Below, piece after piece: positions 22,813 through 35,276 of a DNA stretch of 36,792 nt (its first letter is position 1; the number at the start of each line of letters is the position of its first letter). The notes under the pieces are model-generated. The model did not search any database. It was not told the DNA's origin and saw only the letters and a list, made by a program, of their open reading frames with translations. Origin of the DNA: Octopus bimaculoides (lineage: Eukaryota); assembly GCF_001194135.2 (NCBI RefSeq), contig NC_068981.1:4497948-4534739 (forward strand), in the 5' to 3' direction. A program made the position numbers and the translations under genes.

Positions 22813-23617
22813 ATTTCTGCCGGCTCACACGGCCTTTATGCGATATGACATAATATCACACGAAGTAAAGAAACATTCAAGGCATTATTTTTTCCCTTCT
22901 TTTGGTCTCCCTGTGATGTCAACAAACTGTTTGAATGATTCCATTGCAGAAAGAAACAGTATAAACACTTGCAAATGAACAATGCTATGTTTCAGACAGG
23001 GTGAAATAAGATATCTTTGAGTATGGTAAATCTAATAAACAATTTGTTTGTACAAAACTATTGATTCTGTGTTTTAAAGTCATTTTCAGTGAAGTTGGAC
23101 AAAAGAGAAAAAAGAAAATTAATAAATTATTGTTGTTACAGTGAATATATACCTCATCGACTGCTCAGTTTGATAATTATTTAACGAGATGTAATTATTT
23201 CTTTCCTTCTCAGACGATGTCTTTATTTTGTGTCATTGTCATTGCTATCACCACCACCACCATCACCACTACCACCACCACCACCACCCCTACCATCACC
23301 ACTACCACCTTTACAACAACCACAACCATCCTGAGCAAGGGAGTCTGAGCACGATGGTTCAGGTCACAGCAGGAACCTTACTACACTACAAATCAATATA
23401 TATATAATCAATGTATATATAATCATTTCAATGAAGAAAGGGGAAGTTAGATTGACATTACAATTGTTTCCATAAACGGAGAATATATATATTCCATATC
23501 TCATTAAAATGTTATGCAATTCACACAGTATTATATAACACATACCGTAATATTGGAAATATGTGCTAATGAGATGATAGCCAGAATTATAGTTATCCCT
23601 CTTAATTTATGTATATA

Positions 23618-23690
23618 CGAGGGTGAGTCAAAAAGTAATGCCATTTTGTTTAGGACAGGTATAATTACCAACACAGGAACATGTATCATA
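23618..23690 (+). mobile_element. Mariner-type terminal fragment
   Basis: TA|CGAGGGTGAGTCAAAAAGTAATG resembles a mariner TIR; no partner TIR was seen. Confidence 0.45.
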
Positions 23691-23692
23691 GA

Positions 23693-23741
23693 GAACTCGG
23701 AATCTTGAGGTTAGTAGCCCACGCTCTCAACTACTGTGTCC
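23693..23741 (-). repeat. Second copy of the tRNA-like head found at 35124
   Basis: Minus strand GGACACAGTAGTTGAGAGCGTGGGCTACTAACCTCAAGATTCCGAGTTC versus GGCGCAGTGGTTAAGAGCATGGGCTACTAGCCCCAAGATTCCGAGTTC. Confidence 0.75.
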
Positions 23742-24134
23742 GTTGGGTGACAAGAGAGTAGAGACTGTAGCCTTCTCATGTATGAACTCCTTGTATGTGA
23801 CCCTGGTACAGAAACCACAGAAAGGATGGAGACATGACTGAATTACATCAGTTACACACTGACCAGTGTTACAGTGACACAGTTACACATGGTTGAGAAC
23901 AGCCAGACATGTGGTATTCATGTAGACCAACACCTCTCACTATTACTCACTGACTCACCTGTTCTCTTTATCTTGCTCCCCCCCCCAACCTGCTCTCCTT
24001 TCTTTTCCAGCTGAGGTATCCGTGTGTCTACTCTACAGCAAGACATCTATCCATGTCCCTACATACCTTTAATCGCTCATTAACAGGCACAGCCGAGGGT
24101 TTTTTTTTTTTTTGTCTTGCAAGTTGCTTGGTGA

Positions 24135-24363
24135 TTCTGTTGGTGCTGGTGCCACACAAAAAAAACCCCACTGGAGTTGGCTCCACATTAAAAACCCTCC
24201 AGTGCCACTCTGTAAATTGGTTGGCATTAAGAAGAGCACCGAGTTGTAGAAATCATACCAAAGCAGACAAATGGGACCTGGTGTGGACCCTGGCCTAACC
24301 AGCTCCTCTCAAACTGGCCAACCCATGCCAGCAGAGAAAAATGAACATCAAATGATGATGATA

Positions 24364-24432
<69 letters not shown>
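24135..24432 (+). mobile_element. RTE-family tail with expanded (GAT)n
   Basis: Degenerate core TGGTTGGCATTAAGAAGAGCA, CCAACCCATGCCAGCA, long GAT tract. Confidence 0.7.
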
Positions 24433-24434
<2 letters not shown>

Positions 24435-24865
24435 AGTTGTCAAAAATAATCAAACTATGATTTTTATGAGACATGAAAATCAAGACAGACAAGGAACTGG
24501 ACAATTCAAGACCGGATATTGTTGTGCTAAAGAAAGAAACTGTGAATTCTAAAATAATCAGATGTGGACAGTCGATTGGAGACCAGGGTGAAGAACAAAG
24601 AAACTGAGAGAAAATGAGAAGATATATAAAACCCCAGGATTCTAACAAGGAAATTAAAATGGTTTTGGAACTGCAAGGAAATATGAGTTATATTTGTTAC
24701 TAAATGGATAACATTAAATGGCTTTCTGAAACGAACATAATTATTAACTTTGTGAGAGTAGAGAAAGCATGTCTCCTTGACACAGCTAGAATCTTAAAAG
24801 ACAAGAGTTGCAGCTTGATGTTTAGCAAATGAAACCAGCAGGATCACTGATAATGCTATCAAGCA

Positions 24866-24889
24866 AATATTATTATTATTATCATTATT

Positions 24890-24973
<84 letters not shown>

Positions 24974-25007
24974 AAGAAGAAGAAGAAGAAGAAGAAGAAG
25001 AAGAAGA
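24866..25007. repeat. Compound (ATT)n/(AAT)n/(AAG)n microsatellite
   Basis: Read directly from the sequence. Confidence 0.95.
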
Positions 25008-25619
25008 ACACTGTGAACTGACCTGGTGTATTCACACCTGTTTGTCCATAGCAAGAAATTTTCTCCATGGCAAAATACAGTGAACAACTTTCTTACAGGT
25101 TTCCAATATGTCTCAAGCATATTTGAACTGGCAACAAACCTGTATTTACAAGGGGGGTACCAAAAAGTAACCAGAAACGTTATTTGTGGGACATGACCAT
25201 TGTAATTCAGGCTTCTGCCACTAGAAACCACTTGATGCGACCCTCAGGTACCAGTCTGCTGAATGGCTTCATCAAGTGGAGTGATACTACCATGTGGTGC
25301 GTCTTTGTTTTGCAGTGTGTTATAAGCCCAAACTGGAATGTCTAAGTTTAAAAGGTTTTAATCAACTAAAAATACAGCAATCTACAATACAAACAAAGAT
25401 TGCTAAATTGTAAGCAAAACTAAACTTCAACGCAATAACAGTTTTATGCAGCAAGTTGCTACATTCTCGACTACCTAAAACCAACAGTGAACACGTGCCG
25501 TAAACAGAACAGAACTCTGTGCAGTTGTACAGCAGGTAAATAACAGCAATCAAGACAATCAAGGTCATGTGATCAAAACTAAAATCACAGTGTTTCTTCC
25601 TTGTTTGTCAGTTTTTGCG

Positions 25620-26573
25620 ATGGCTGAAACATAGGGACAGCATGCTTCTGTAAAATTCTGTTTTTTGCTGGGGAAAATGGCAACCAAAACAGTTGTTATG
25701 TTTCAAATAGCTTACAAGGGGATGCTGCCATAATCAAAATACAAGTTTATGAGTGGTTTTCACCCTTTAGGAATGGTCACTTGATGCTTCAAGACCAACC
25801 TCATACAGGGTGATTGTCGACCTCCCAAACAAATGAAAACACCATGAAAATTCATGAACTGAACTTGGAGGACCGTCACCAAACAGTTGCTGAACTTGTT
25901 GATATGACTGGTGTGTCCTGGGGATGCTCCCAACGAATTTTGAGTGAGGAATTGTGAATGAAAAGAGTTGCAGCAAAATTTAGTGCCTCACTTACTCACG
26001 GAAGATCAACAGCAGTCGTGAGTGAATGTGTGTTGTGAACTGAAAGAACTGTTGAAAGTTGATCTGAACCTTTTTTTCCAAAGGTCATCACAGGTGATGA
26101 AAGCTGGTGCTACAGCTATGACCTGGAAATGAAGCAGCAATCAAGTCAATAGAAGCATTCAATGTCACCACGCACCCCAAAAGCGCGTCAAGTGAAATCC
26201 AATGTCAAGACGATGCTGATTTGTTTCATTGATGCAAAAGGAATTGTCCACACAGAATTTGTTCCTCCTGGTCAAACTGTTAACCAGACATTTTACTTGG
26301 CACTTCTGAAGCATTTGTGAGACGCAGTGAGATGAAAATGCCCCGACCAGTGGCAAAGTGGAGAGTGGTGGTTTCATCACGACAATGCACCTTTGCACCT
26401 CGTCTTGAATGTGAGACAATTTTTGATCATAAATGGCATGACCCCTCACTTACTCACCCTTCCTATTCACCTGATCTTGCTCCCTGCAACTTTTTTTTTG
26501 TTCCCCAAATGAAAAGAGTCCTTAAAAGAAAACGTTTTGAAGATATGGAAGAGGTGAAGAAAAAAAGAACATT

Positions 26574-26609
<36 letters not shown>

Positions 26610-26812
26610 GTTTAATGTTTGTTTTCCATGCTGGCATGGTTGGACAGTTTGACTGAGGTCTGGATTGCCAAGAGGCTGCACCAGGCTAAGTATTAAAAGG
26701 TATCACATTGCAAAAGTTTCAGGATTCCTTCAAACGGTGGAAAACAAGTCTGGACCAATGTATTGCTTCAAATGGAGAATACTTTGAAGGCGATAAAAGT
26801 GTAAACATGTAA
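25620..26812 (+). pseudogene. Mariner transposase pseudogene
   Basis: VKFCFLLGK; ITGDESWCYSYD; GIVHTEFVPPGQTVNQTFY; HHDNAP; YSPDLAPCNFF; KRFEDMEEVKK, then an insertion, then VLKGI..CIASNGEYFEGD*. Multiple stops and frameshifts. Confidence 0.93.
26573..26687 (-). mobile_element. RTE-family tail inserted into the mariner ORF
   Basis: (ATC)n GTTTAATGTTTGTTTTCCATGCTGGC splits the transposase between EEVKKK and VLKGI. Confidence 0.9.
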
Positions 26813-27639
26813 AACTAAGTGAATGAAACAATATTGCAAAATTCCTGTTTCTTTTGGGTACCACATCATACACACATCCCTGATTAGTGCTGTCATCCTG
26901 TGTTTTATTTACTGTGAGCTGTTGAATAGCACAACCAGTCATTGGATGATGACCAGGATTTTCATATGATGGACCTGTCTCTCATGTCAGTTGACAGCAT
27001 CTGCCTTTCCTGGCTCTATTGCTGAAGAGGAGATAACCACTCTGAAATGCATCCATCCAACAGACTGGTCAGAGGGTGCTGTAAGCTGGCTCAGTGTATC
27101 TACACCTCTTTGTCTACAACAAGAAATATTCTCCAAGATAAAATACAGCGAATGACTTTCTTACAGGTCCAAATATGCCACAAAACATATTTGAACTGGT
27201 AACAAGTCTGTATACGTGTTTCAGTCTGTCAGAACATATACAGAATGCTTCAAAGCATTATTGTCGTTGCTCTGTGTGCACCTCACGAATGATTTCTCCC
27301 GAGTTTCTGGAAATTCTTCAAGTCTGATTAGATAGGATTCTCCCCATATACACGGGATAATGTTTCTGCTGCTACAGCCACACACACAGATAGAACATAA
27401 TCAGATTTATGAGACAAGCCTGTTGTACATACAGAACAGGCTGTCTATAGAACATGGTTAGTGCTGCTGATAGACTACAATAGACTGTTCGTGTATATGA
27501 AATAGTGCTGCTACACACGGGGACACACACACATGGACACACACACACACACACACACACACAGCTATTCCATGAAAGAGATAGTGTTACTACGCACATA
27601 TGCACTCATACAAAGGCTATCCACATATACCACATAGAG

Positions 27640-28030
27640 TTGCTACAAACACACACACAAACACACACACACACAAACACACACACACAAACAAACACAC
27701 ACACAAACACACACACACACACACACAAACAAACACACACACAAACACACACACACACAAACACACACACACAAACAAACANNNNNNNNNNNNNNNNNNN
27801 NNNNNNNNNNNNNNNNNNNNNNNNNNNNNNNNNNNNNNNNNNNNNNNNNNNNNNNNNNNNNNNNNNNNNNNNTACAAACACACACACAAACACACACACA
27901 CACAAACACACACACACAAACAAACACACACATACACACACACACACACACACACAAACAAACACACACACACAAACAAACACACACACATGCACCCCTC
28001 CCACACACAAACAGACACACTCACACACAC
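27640..28030. repeat. Complex (CA)n/CAAA microsatellite with a gap
   Basis: Read directly from the sequence. Confidence 0.95.
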
Positions 28031-28454
28031 ACCAGACTGAATCCAAGACAAAACCATTATTTCATTGACTGGCAATGATTCAATGATCAACAAGCTACAA
28101 CCATTAACTTAACTCTCTCTCTTTTTTCCTTATCTCCAAAAGCAACAGATTTTCTCAACCTGGACATGCCCACCCCTCCTTCTCCTGTCATCCTTGCTGC
28201 ATCTTGACCTTAAACCCAACACCAAACACTTCATCCACTCCTCTCTTCTTTTCATTTCTCTATTCAGAACTCTAATTCTTCTGCAAGGGTCACTGCCAAT
28301 GATCTTCCTTGTGTCACCTGAGTGAATGTCAGAGACAAAAACTGTGTGGAAGCCTGTGGTGTATGCACACACACACACACACACATACATATATAGATAG
28401 ATAGATAGATAGACAGATAGATAGATAGATAGGCATACATTTATACATACATAC

Positions 28455-28935
28455 ATCGTCGTCATCATCATCATCGTTTAACATCCGCTTTCCATGCTGG
28501 CATGGGTTGGACTGTTTGACTGAGGATTGGCAAGCCAGGAGGCCACACCAGGCTCCAATCTGATCTGGCAAGGTTTCTACAGCTGGATGCCCTTCCTAAT
28601 ACCAACCACTCCGAGAGTGTAGTGGGTGCTTTTTACGTGCCACTGGCACAGGAGACAGTCAGGCAGTACTGGCATCGATCACATTCGGATAATGCTTTTT
28701 ACATGCCACCGGCATGGTGCCAATCAGGGGTATTGGCATCGACCACGTTTGGATGGTACTTTTTATGTGCCACCGACATGGGAGTCAGTCAGGTGGACCT
28801 GGCAGTGACCACATTCAGATGGTGCTTTTTACATGCCACCGGCATGGGAGCCAGTCAGGGGGTACTGGCCACAGCTACAATATTGGTTTTACTTGACTCA
28901 ACAAGTCTTCTCAAGCATATCATATCACCTGACAC
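28455..28935 (-). mobile_element. RTE-LINE 3' UTR fragment
   Basis: Tail, core and four units. Confidence 0.85.
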
Positions 28936-29203
28936 TCTCAAGCATGTCATATCGCATATAAACTTTATTGTCATTAAAGCTGCAAACACATCACAAAATA
29001 TCTCAAAAAACTGCTACTCAGAGTTTCACGTTCCTGTTCGTCGGACAGTTTGATGAATGGGAACGCAAAACTCTGAGTAGCAGTTTTGTGATATTTTTTT
29101 AATGTTTTTGCAACTTTGATATTATTCTACCTCAGGTATTCAAGTACTATTTTTCCCCACCTTATTTCACATTTATGTGCTTACTTTGGTGTATGTATGT
29201 ATG

Positions 29204-29234
<31 letters not shown>

Positions 29235-29332
29235 GTGTGTGTGGGAGAATATACAAATAATAACAACAGACGAGGACAGGTGGTGTAAATAACAAAAGGA
29301 TATATTAGTATGACGCTCGGGAATACGGAAAG

Positions 29333-29369
29333 TCTTTGACGTTTCGAACTACGCTCTTCAACAGAAAGA
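29333..29369 (-). ncRNA. Minimal type I hammerhead-like motif (variant core) in a probable Penelope-like repeat fragment
   Basis: TCTTT CTGTTGA A GAGC-GTA-GTTC GAAA CGTC AAAGA: stem I TCTTT/AAAGA, palindromic ACGT stem III, GUC triplet, A6 replaced by U. Confidence 0.55.
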
Positions 29370-29399
29370 ATANNNNNNNNNNACTTCCGGCATATGTAT

Positions 29400-30008
29400 A
29401 TATAACCCATGGCCTATGCCAGTGGTGTATAACCAGCCCACTTATGAGTACCCCTCATTCATTGGACAATAAACTTTGCTTGCAAAGACCTGTTGAGGCA
29501 AGTGAAATCAAAATTGCTGATGTGGCTGATGACAGTACTGCCTGATTGGCACTTGTGCCAGTGGAACGTTAAAAGCGCATCCAAGTATGATTGTGGCCAG
29601 GGCCGCTGACTGGCTTCCATGCCAGTGACATGTAAAAAGCCCCATTTGAGTGTAATTGTTGCCAGTGGCGCCTTACTGGCACATGTGCTGGTGGCACATG
29701 AAAAACAACATTCGAGCATGATCGTTGCCAGTGCTGCCGGACTGGCTGCCATGCAGGTGGCACATAAAAAACACCATTTGAACGTGGTCGTTGCTAGTAC
29801 CACCTGACTGGCCCTCGTGCCGATGGCACGTAAAAGCACCCACTACACTCTCGGAGTGGTTGGTGTTAGGAAGGGCATCCAGCTGTAGAAACTTTTTCAG
29901 ATCAGGTTGGAGCCTTGTGCAGCCTTTGGCTTGGCAGTCCTCAATCAAACTGTCCAAGCCATGCTAGCATGGAAAGCGGACGTTAAACGACGACGACAAT
30001 GATGATGA
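29400..30008 (+). mobile_element. RTE-LINE 3' UTR fragment
   Basis: Five units, core, GGACGTTAAACGACGACGACAATGATGAT tail. Confidence 0.85.
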
Positions 30009-30015
30009 TATATAC

Positions 30016-30084
<69 letters not shown>

Positions 30085-30085
<1 letters not shown>

Positions 30086-30306
30086 GGGGTGTACTGAAAA
30101 GTTCTTGGTTTTGGGTATAAGAAAATAGAGGAGGATCAGTTAATTGAGATTTTATTCAACATCCTTCCCTCACAGATTCACACACTTAACTTATTGCTGG
30201 GGTCCTTCAATTTTTCTAAGCCCTGTAAAAAAAACTTGGAAGGTTGGGCCTCTAACCAGACCTTTCACTGTACCCTTAAAGCTAGGAACTTTCCAGCACC
30301 CCCTCG
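30085..30306. mobile_element. Mariner-derived MITE (222 bp) inserted in (TA)n
   Basis: TA|CGGGGTGTACTGAAAAGTTCTTGG ... CTAGGAACTTTCCAGCACCCCCTCG|TA. Confidence 0.8.
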
Positions 30307-30309
30307 TAT

Positions 30310-30470
30310 ATACAATGGGCTTCTTTCAATTTCCATCTACCAAATCCACTCACAAGGCTTTGGCTGGTTTGGAGATATATTAGAAGAGACTTGTCCATCC
30401 AAGATGCCACACAGTAGGACTGAACCCAAAACCATGTGGTTGGGGAGCAAACTTCTTAACCACATAGCCA
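30310..30470 (-). mobile_element. tRNA-derived SINE
   Basis: Reverse-complement homologue of 32141-32305. Confidence 0.75.
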
Positions 30471-30689
30471 TGCCTTTATTGATCTTAATTAACAATCAAG
30501 TTAATGATTCTCTCCTCTCATTACAGATATAGTTTTAATTAAATAACATTTCTTGTCTCACTACTCTCTATATGTTGACATTGACCATGCAACATGGCTG
30601 GTGATGCAGTTCAGGATATTTATATGTTAGCATACGTTGCTCAGAATATGTTAAACATACATACAGTAGTTGAGGGTATACATTACTTT

Positions 30690-30878
30690 TGATTCAATTA
30701 ATTTTGAAAATAAGGAAGAATTTAGTAAAATACTCTTGTTATTATTAAGCTGGTGTCTGGCACATAAATGAACTTGAAATATTGATGGAAGATTTTAATC
30801 TAGATCAATTTAAAACCAGAAGTCTTCCTAATATAGAACCAGGGACAATCTCAGGTGGGTTGGTATGAAAAAGGTTAA
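30690..30878. mobile_element. Partial second copy of the piggyBac-like MITE
   Basis: TCAATTAATTTTGAAAATAAG..ATTAAGCTGGT..GGTTGGTATGAAAAAGGTTAA, homologous to 3245-3425. Confidence 0.6.
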
Positions 30879-31624
30879 ATATATATACTGTAAAATCTCA
30901 TTTATGTTATTTAATGGAGATGAAAAACTTTGACCAGTTGAGACTATCCAAGCAATGAATAGATAAAATTTTCCTCTTGTTCCTAAATTTTAAAATCACA
31001 AGTAAGGGAGACAATCCAACATGATCAGTTCAAAATTTTCAGGCAATCGCAGACAATATAGATCTAAGTGGATTTGGTTTGAAAGCTATCTGGTTAAATC
31101 AACAGGTTTCAGATAGACTAACAATATGGCCAACAGTAACACACACACACACACACACGCACACACAGAAGCTATATTCTGACTGCCTAATATCCTCATA
31201 TCCTGTAACATTACAACACTATAATGACCTACTTGTGTTAATCTGTTTGCTATCAACATTTTACATGGTGGAAATACTAATTACAACTATTTCATTATTC
31301 ACAATTATGTCCAGAGAAAAATATTCAATCAATTCTAAAAAGCAAATATTTAGAAATAAAACAATATTGATCTCGTCTTATATGTTTATTTGCACTGAGT
31401 TCTCTTTTATATCATTTACAACAATGGCAACTATGTCCATTTTAACCATTAATACATTGTATGCTGGTGACAACTACTTTAATACTATAACTTTGATAAT
31501 GGCTAAACTGGCAGAAAACTTCTAAGTCACTGTTAATACTATTCTTGTTAAAAAAAATAATGAATTTGTACTCTACAAAAGTATGGAATAATCCTTTAGA
31601 TTAATTATATATACATATATATAT

Positions 31625-31875
31625 ATCATCATCGTCATTGTCATCGTTTAACGTCTGCTTTCCAAGCTGGCATGGGTTGGATAGTTTGACTGAGGACTGG
31701 TGAGCCAGAAGGCTGCACCAGGCTCCAATCTGATTTGGCAAGGTTTCTGCAGCTGGATGCCCTTCCTAACGCTAACCACTCTGAGAGTGTAGTGGGTGCT
31801 TTTACGTGCCACTGGCATGAGAGCCAGTCAGGCGGTTCTGGCAATGACCATACTCAAAAGGTGTTTTTTATGTGC
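31625..31875 (-). mobile_element. RTE-LINE 3' UTR fragment
   Basis: Tail, core and one to two units. Confidence 0.85.
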
Positions 31876-32140
31876 CCCCCTTTTCCCCAAATTGCTGGCC
31901 TTGTGACAAAATTTGAAATCAATATTTAGAAGCAGTAACAGAGTGGCTCAAGGGCCAAGTGTTTTTTGCATTAGGGAAGTGCTAAGGTATAAAACTTCTG
32001 GTCCTTGAGTCACTCTGTTACTTCTTCTAAATATTAATAAATATATACAACAGACACATTTGGCCAATCCCAAGCAAAGTCAAAACCGCCAGTGGCCTTA
32101 ATGTGACTTCATGGCAAAATCCATCCCTGGACTCAGGTGC

Positions 32141-32305
32141 AGGAGTGGCTGTGTAGTAAGTAGCTTGATTACCAAACACGTGGTTCCGGGTTCAGTCCCA
32201 CAGCATGGCACCTTGGGCAAGTGTCTTCTACTATAGCCTCAGGCTGACCAAAGCCTTGTGAGTGGATTTGGTAGACGGAAACTGGAAGAAGCCCGTTGTA
32301 TATGT
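32141..32305 (+). mobile_element. tRNA-derived SINE
   Basis: A-box-like TGGCTGTGTAGTAAG, B-box-like GGTTCAGTCCC, then GGCACCTTGGGCAAGTGTCTTC..GGTAGACGGAAACTG. Confidence 0.8.
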
Positions 32306-32570
32306 ATATATATTCTTTTACTTGTTTCAGTCATTTTGACTGCAGCCATGCTGGAGCACTGCCTTTAGTTGAGCAAATCAACCCCAGTACTTATTCTATC
32401 AGTCTCTTTTGCCAAACCACTAAGTTACTTAAGAAAGTAAAACAATACATCCACCACAAATAGATGCAGTTTCTTTTATTTTGAAGTCGTTTTGTTTTTC
32501 TCTTTTTTTTTAAAATTTTAAAATCCTCTCCTTCAAACACTCATACATCAAAATCAACAGGAGTGACCGT

Positions 32571-32621
<51 letters not shown>

Positions 32622-33099
32622 GTATATATATGTATATATATGTATGTATTACTTGAGAATTACATTAAAATACTTATGTTCTTTGGAATACTCAACCACT
32701 TTGTGATAGGTTGATCAATGAGTAGGTTGATCAAACAACCAGACTATGTATGTGTTATTTCTTCACTATCCACAAGGGGCTATACACAGAGGGGACAAAC
32801 AAGGACAGACAAACGGACTCTGTGTGTGTGTGTGTGTGTGTGTACCAGGATCATTAACATTATTTAATGTTCATGTTCCATGCTGGCATGGGTTGGATGT
32901 TTCAACAGGATCTATTGTGTCCAAGGCCTGCACCATGTCCCGGTGTCTGCTTTGGCAAGGTTTTTATGGCTGGATGCCCTTCCTAATGCCAGCACTATTG
33001 AGGTTACCATGCAGTTCATAGGACTATGAACCCTTGGGATGGTGGGGGTGTCGGTTTCATAGTAAGGAACAAGGGAAAAGAGAAAAGTTGTCAGTAAGA

Positions 33100-33432
33100 G
33101 CCGCAAGAGGTACCCTGTATCGAATTTCTACCGACACCTTTTCTACATGTCAAACAGGACCATTGTCCTGGAAAGATTAATGGTCTGTCTGTTTTCTGCT
33201 TACAAAGAACTTTGTTAATTTTGAGGCTCTTTAATTCCAGGCCTTGTTTCCTCGCCTGGAATTTCTCCTCCAATTCTGCTCCAGATTCAGCTGTAAGAAC
33301 GAGATCCTCTGCAGGCAGGAGTTCCCATGGGCCCCCAGTCATAAACTGCTTTGCTATGGCCTGGAGGAGAATGACAAATAGCAGAGGATTGAGAAGTGAG
33401 CACTGGTGCGCTCCTACTTGCCTTCTAAACTG
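33100..33432 (-). pseudogene. RTE-clade RT fragment
   Basis: VGAHQCSLLNPLLFVILLQAI..GGPWELLPAEDLVLTAES..GLELKSLKIN, a decayed GVHQGSVLSPLLF / WELLYADDL, followed by a Cys-rich stretch CLTCRKGVGRNSI. Confidence 0.9.
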
Positions 33433-33434
33433 CA

Positions 33435-33436
<2 letters not shown>

Positions 33437-33528
<92 letters not shown>
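33437..33528. repeat. (ACT)n then (GCT)n compound microsatellite
   Basis: Read directly from the sequence. Confidence 0.95.
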
Positions 33529-33531
<3 letters not shown>

Positions 33532-33864
33532 ATCTATGGACACTACTTCATTATACTCCTTGTTGCTGCTACTTCTCCCTGCAACTCTTCACCACTAGTC
33601 AATCAATCTATGTGATTGATTGACTGTGATTGATTGACTAGAAAAAGCAGCCAAATCTCATTTGAATCCCACCTTACTGTTATAATAACAACCAAACAAA
33701 GACATTTTAAAACTGTATTAGATAAATATACTCTTAGATACACGATGCCTGTCTAAAAAAGAAAGAAAGGAAGGAAGGAAGAAGAGAAAAGAAAAACTTG
33801 GAAATGCTCATCAGTGGCATGCTTTCGATCATAGGTGTGCTTGATCAGGGTCGACCAAGGGCTA

Positions 33865-34172
33865 AACACCACCGCCACCACCACAATCACCACCAACACC
33901 AACACCAACAACACTACTACCTCCACCTCCACTACTACAATCAGCACGCCCCCACCATCACCTTCACCACAATGACTACCATCACCCCCACCACTCTGGT
34001 CACTCCCACCACCACCACTACCACCATCACCATCACGCTGCCGCCACCACTACCACTTCCACTGTTGCATTCACGTTATTGTTGCTGCTGCTGCCGCAGC
34101 TGCTATCACTTCTGCAGCTGTTCTTGCTGCTACTACAAGTACTACCACCACCACCACCACCACCACCACCAT

Positions 34173-34211
<39 letters not shown>

Positions 34212-34248
34212 TACTACTACAACAACTACTACTACCACCACCACCACC

Positions 34249-34289
<41 letters not shown>

Positions 34290-34298
34290 CACCATCAC
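33865..34298. repeat. Mosaic ACC/ACT/GCT trinucleotide low-complexity tract
   Basis: Read directly; runs into an N gap. Confidence 0.9.
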
Positions 34299-35010
34299 NN
34301 NNNNNNNNNNNNNNNNNNNNNNNNNNNNNNNNNNNNNNNNNNNNNNNNNNNNNNNNNNNNNNNNNNNNNNNNNNNNNNNNNNNNNNNNNNNNNNNNNNNN
34401 NNNNNNNNNNNNNNNNNNNNNNNNNNNNNNNNNNNNNNNNNNNNNNNNNNNNNNNNNNNNNNNNNNNNNNNNNNNNNNNNNNNNNNNNNNNNNNNNNNNN
34501 NNNNNNNNNNNNNNNNNNNNNNNNNNNNNNNNNNNNNNNNNNNNNNNNNNNNNNNNNNNNNNNNNNNNNNNNNNNNNNNNNNNNNNNNNNNNNNNNNNNN
34601 NNNNNNNNNNNNNNNNNNNNNNNNNNNNNNNNNNNNNNNNNNNNNNNNNNNNNNNNNNNNNNNNNNNNNNNNNNNNNNNNNNNNNNNNNNNNNNNNNNNN
34701 NNNNNNNNNNNNNNNNNNNNNNNNNNNNNNNNNNNNNNNNNNNNNNNNNNNNNNNNNNNNNNNNNNNNNNNNNNNNNNNNNNNNNNNNNNNNNNNNNNNN
34801 NNNNNNNNNNNNNNNNNNNNNNNNNNNNNNNNNNNNNNNNNNNNNNNTATATTCATCAAACCCAATTAATTTTTTTTTCCTGTTAGTTTTTTTTTATTGA
34901 AAAGTATTTTAACAACATTTTTACAGCTAATACAGTTCCATATTTAGAGATGAGGAATTATTTACATTATTTACATTTGACGGATATTTGTCCTCATCTT
35001 GTTTGTTGTT

Positions 35011-35056
35011 AACACAACGTTTTGGCTGATATACCCTCCAGCCTTCATCAGGTGTC
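35011..35056 (-). ncRNA. Minimal type I hammerhead motif with G12A, probably inactive
   Basis: GACAC CTGATGA A GGCTG-GAGGGTATAT-CAGCC AAAA CGTT GTGTT. Confidence 0.7.
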
Positions 35057-35123
35057 TTGGGGAAATTTCGAACCTAGGTTCTCATTCCTAAGGTATTTTT
35101 TTTTATGTTATTATATATGATAT

Positions 35124-35185
35124 GGACATATGGCGCAGTGGTTAAGAGCATGGGCTACTAGCCCCAAGATTCCGAGTTCAATTCC
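35124..35185 (+). promoter_or_regulatory. tRNA-derived Pol III internal promoter (A and B box)
   Basis: GGACATA, then A box TGGCGCAGTGG (35131-35141) and B box GTTCAATTCC (35176-35185). No 3' acceptor strand, so not a tRNA gene. Confidence 0.75.
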
Positions 35186-35198
35186 AGTCAATAACCCA

Positions 35199-35229
<31 letters not shown>

Positions 35230-35276
35230 TCGAAAAATACCTTAGGAATGAAAAATCAGGTTCGAAGTTTCCCCAA

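Larger units (their letters stand above)
25149..26868 (+). mobile_element. Near full-length dead mariner (DD34D) transposon
   Basis: TA|CAAGGGGGGTACCAAAAAGTAACCAGAA at the left and degenerate TTCCTGTTTCTTTTGGGTACCACATCA|TA at the right enclose a transposase pseudogene. Confidence 0.85.

Noticed and set aside
23950-24020. Strong acceptor-like pyrimidine tract ending TTTTCCAG
   Set aside because: No convincing exon or donor follows (only CTGAG|GTATCC).
6550-30008. Recurring short ORFs such as MVLFTCHWH.. and MFFTCHWH..
   Set aside because: They are translations of the non-coding 61-bp UTR units in various frames.
33798-34900. 362-aa and 273-aa His/Tyr/Pro/Leu-rich ORFs
   Set aside because: Trinucleotide microsatellite plus a 550-nt N gap.
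35124-35195. Functional tRNA gene
   Set aside because: Anticodon and T stems are mismatched and the 3' acceptor strand is missing; treated as a tRNA-derived head.
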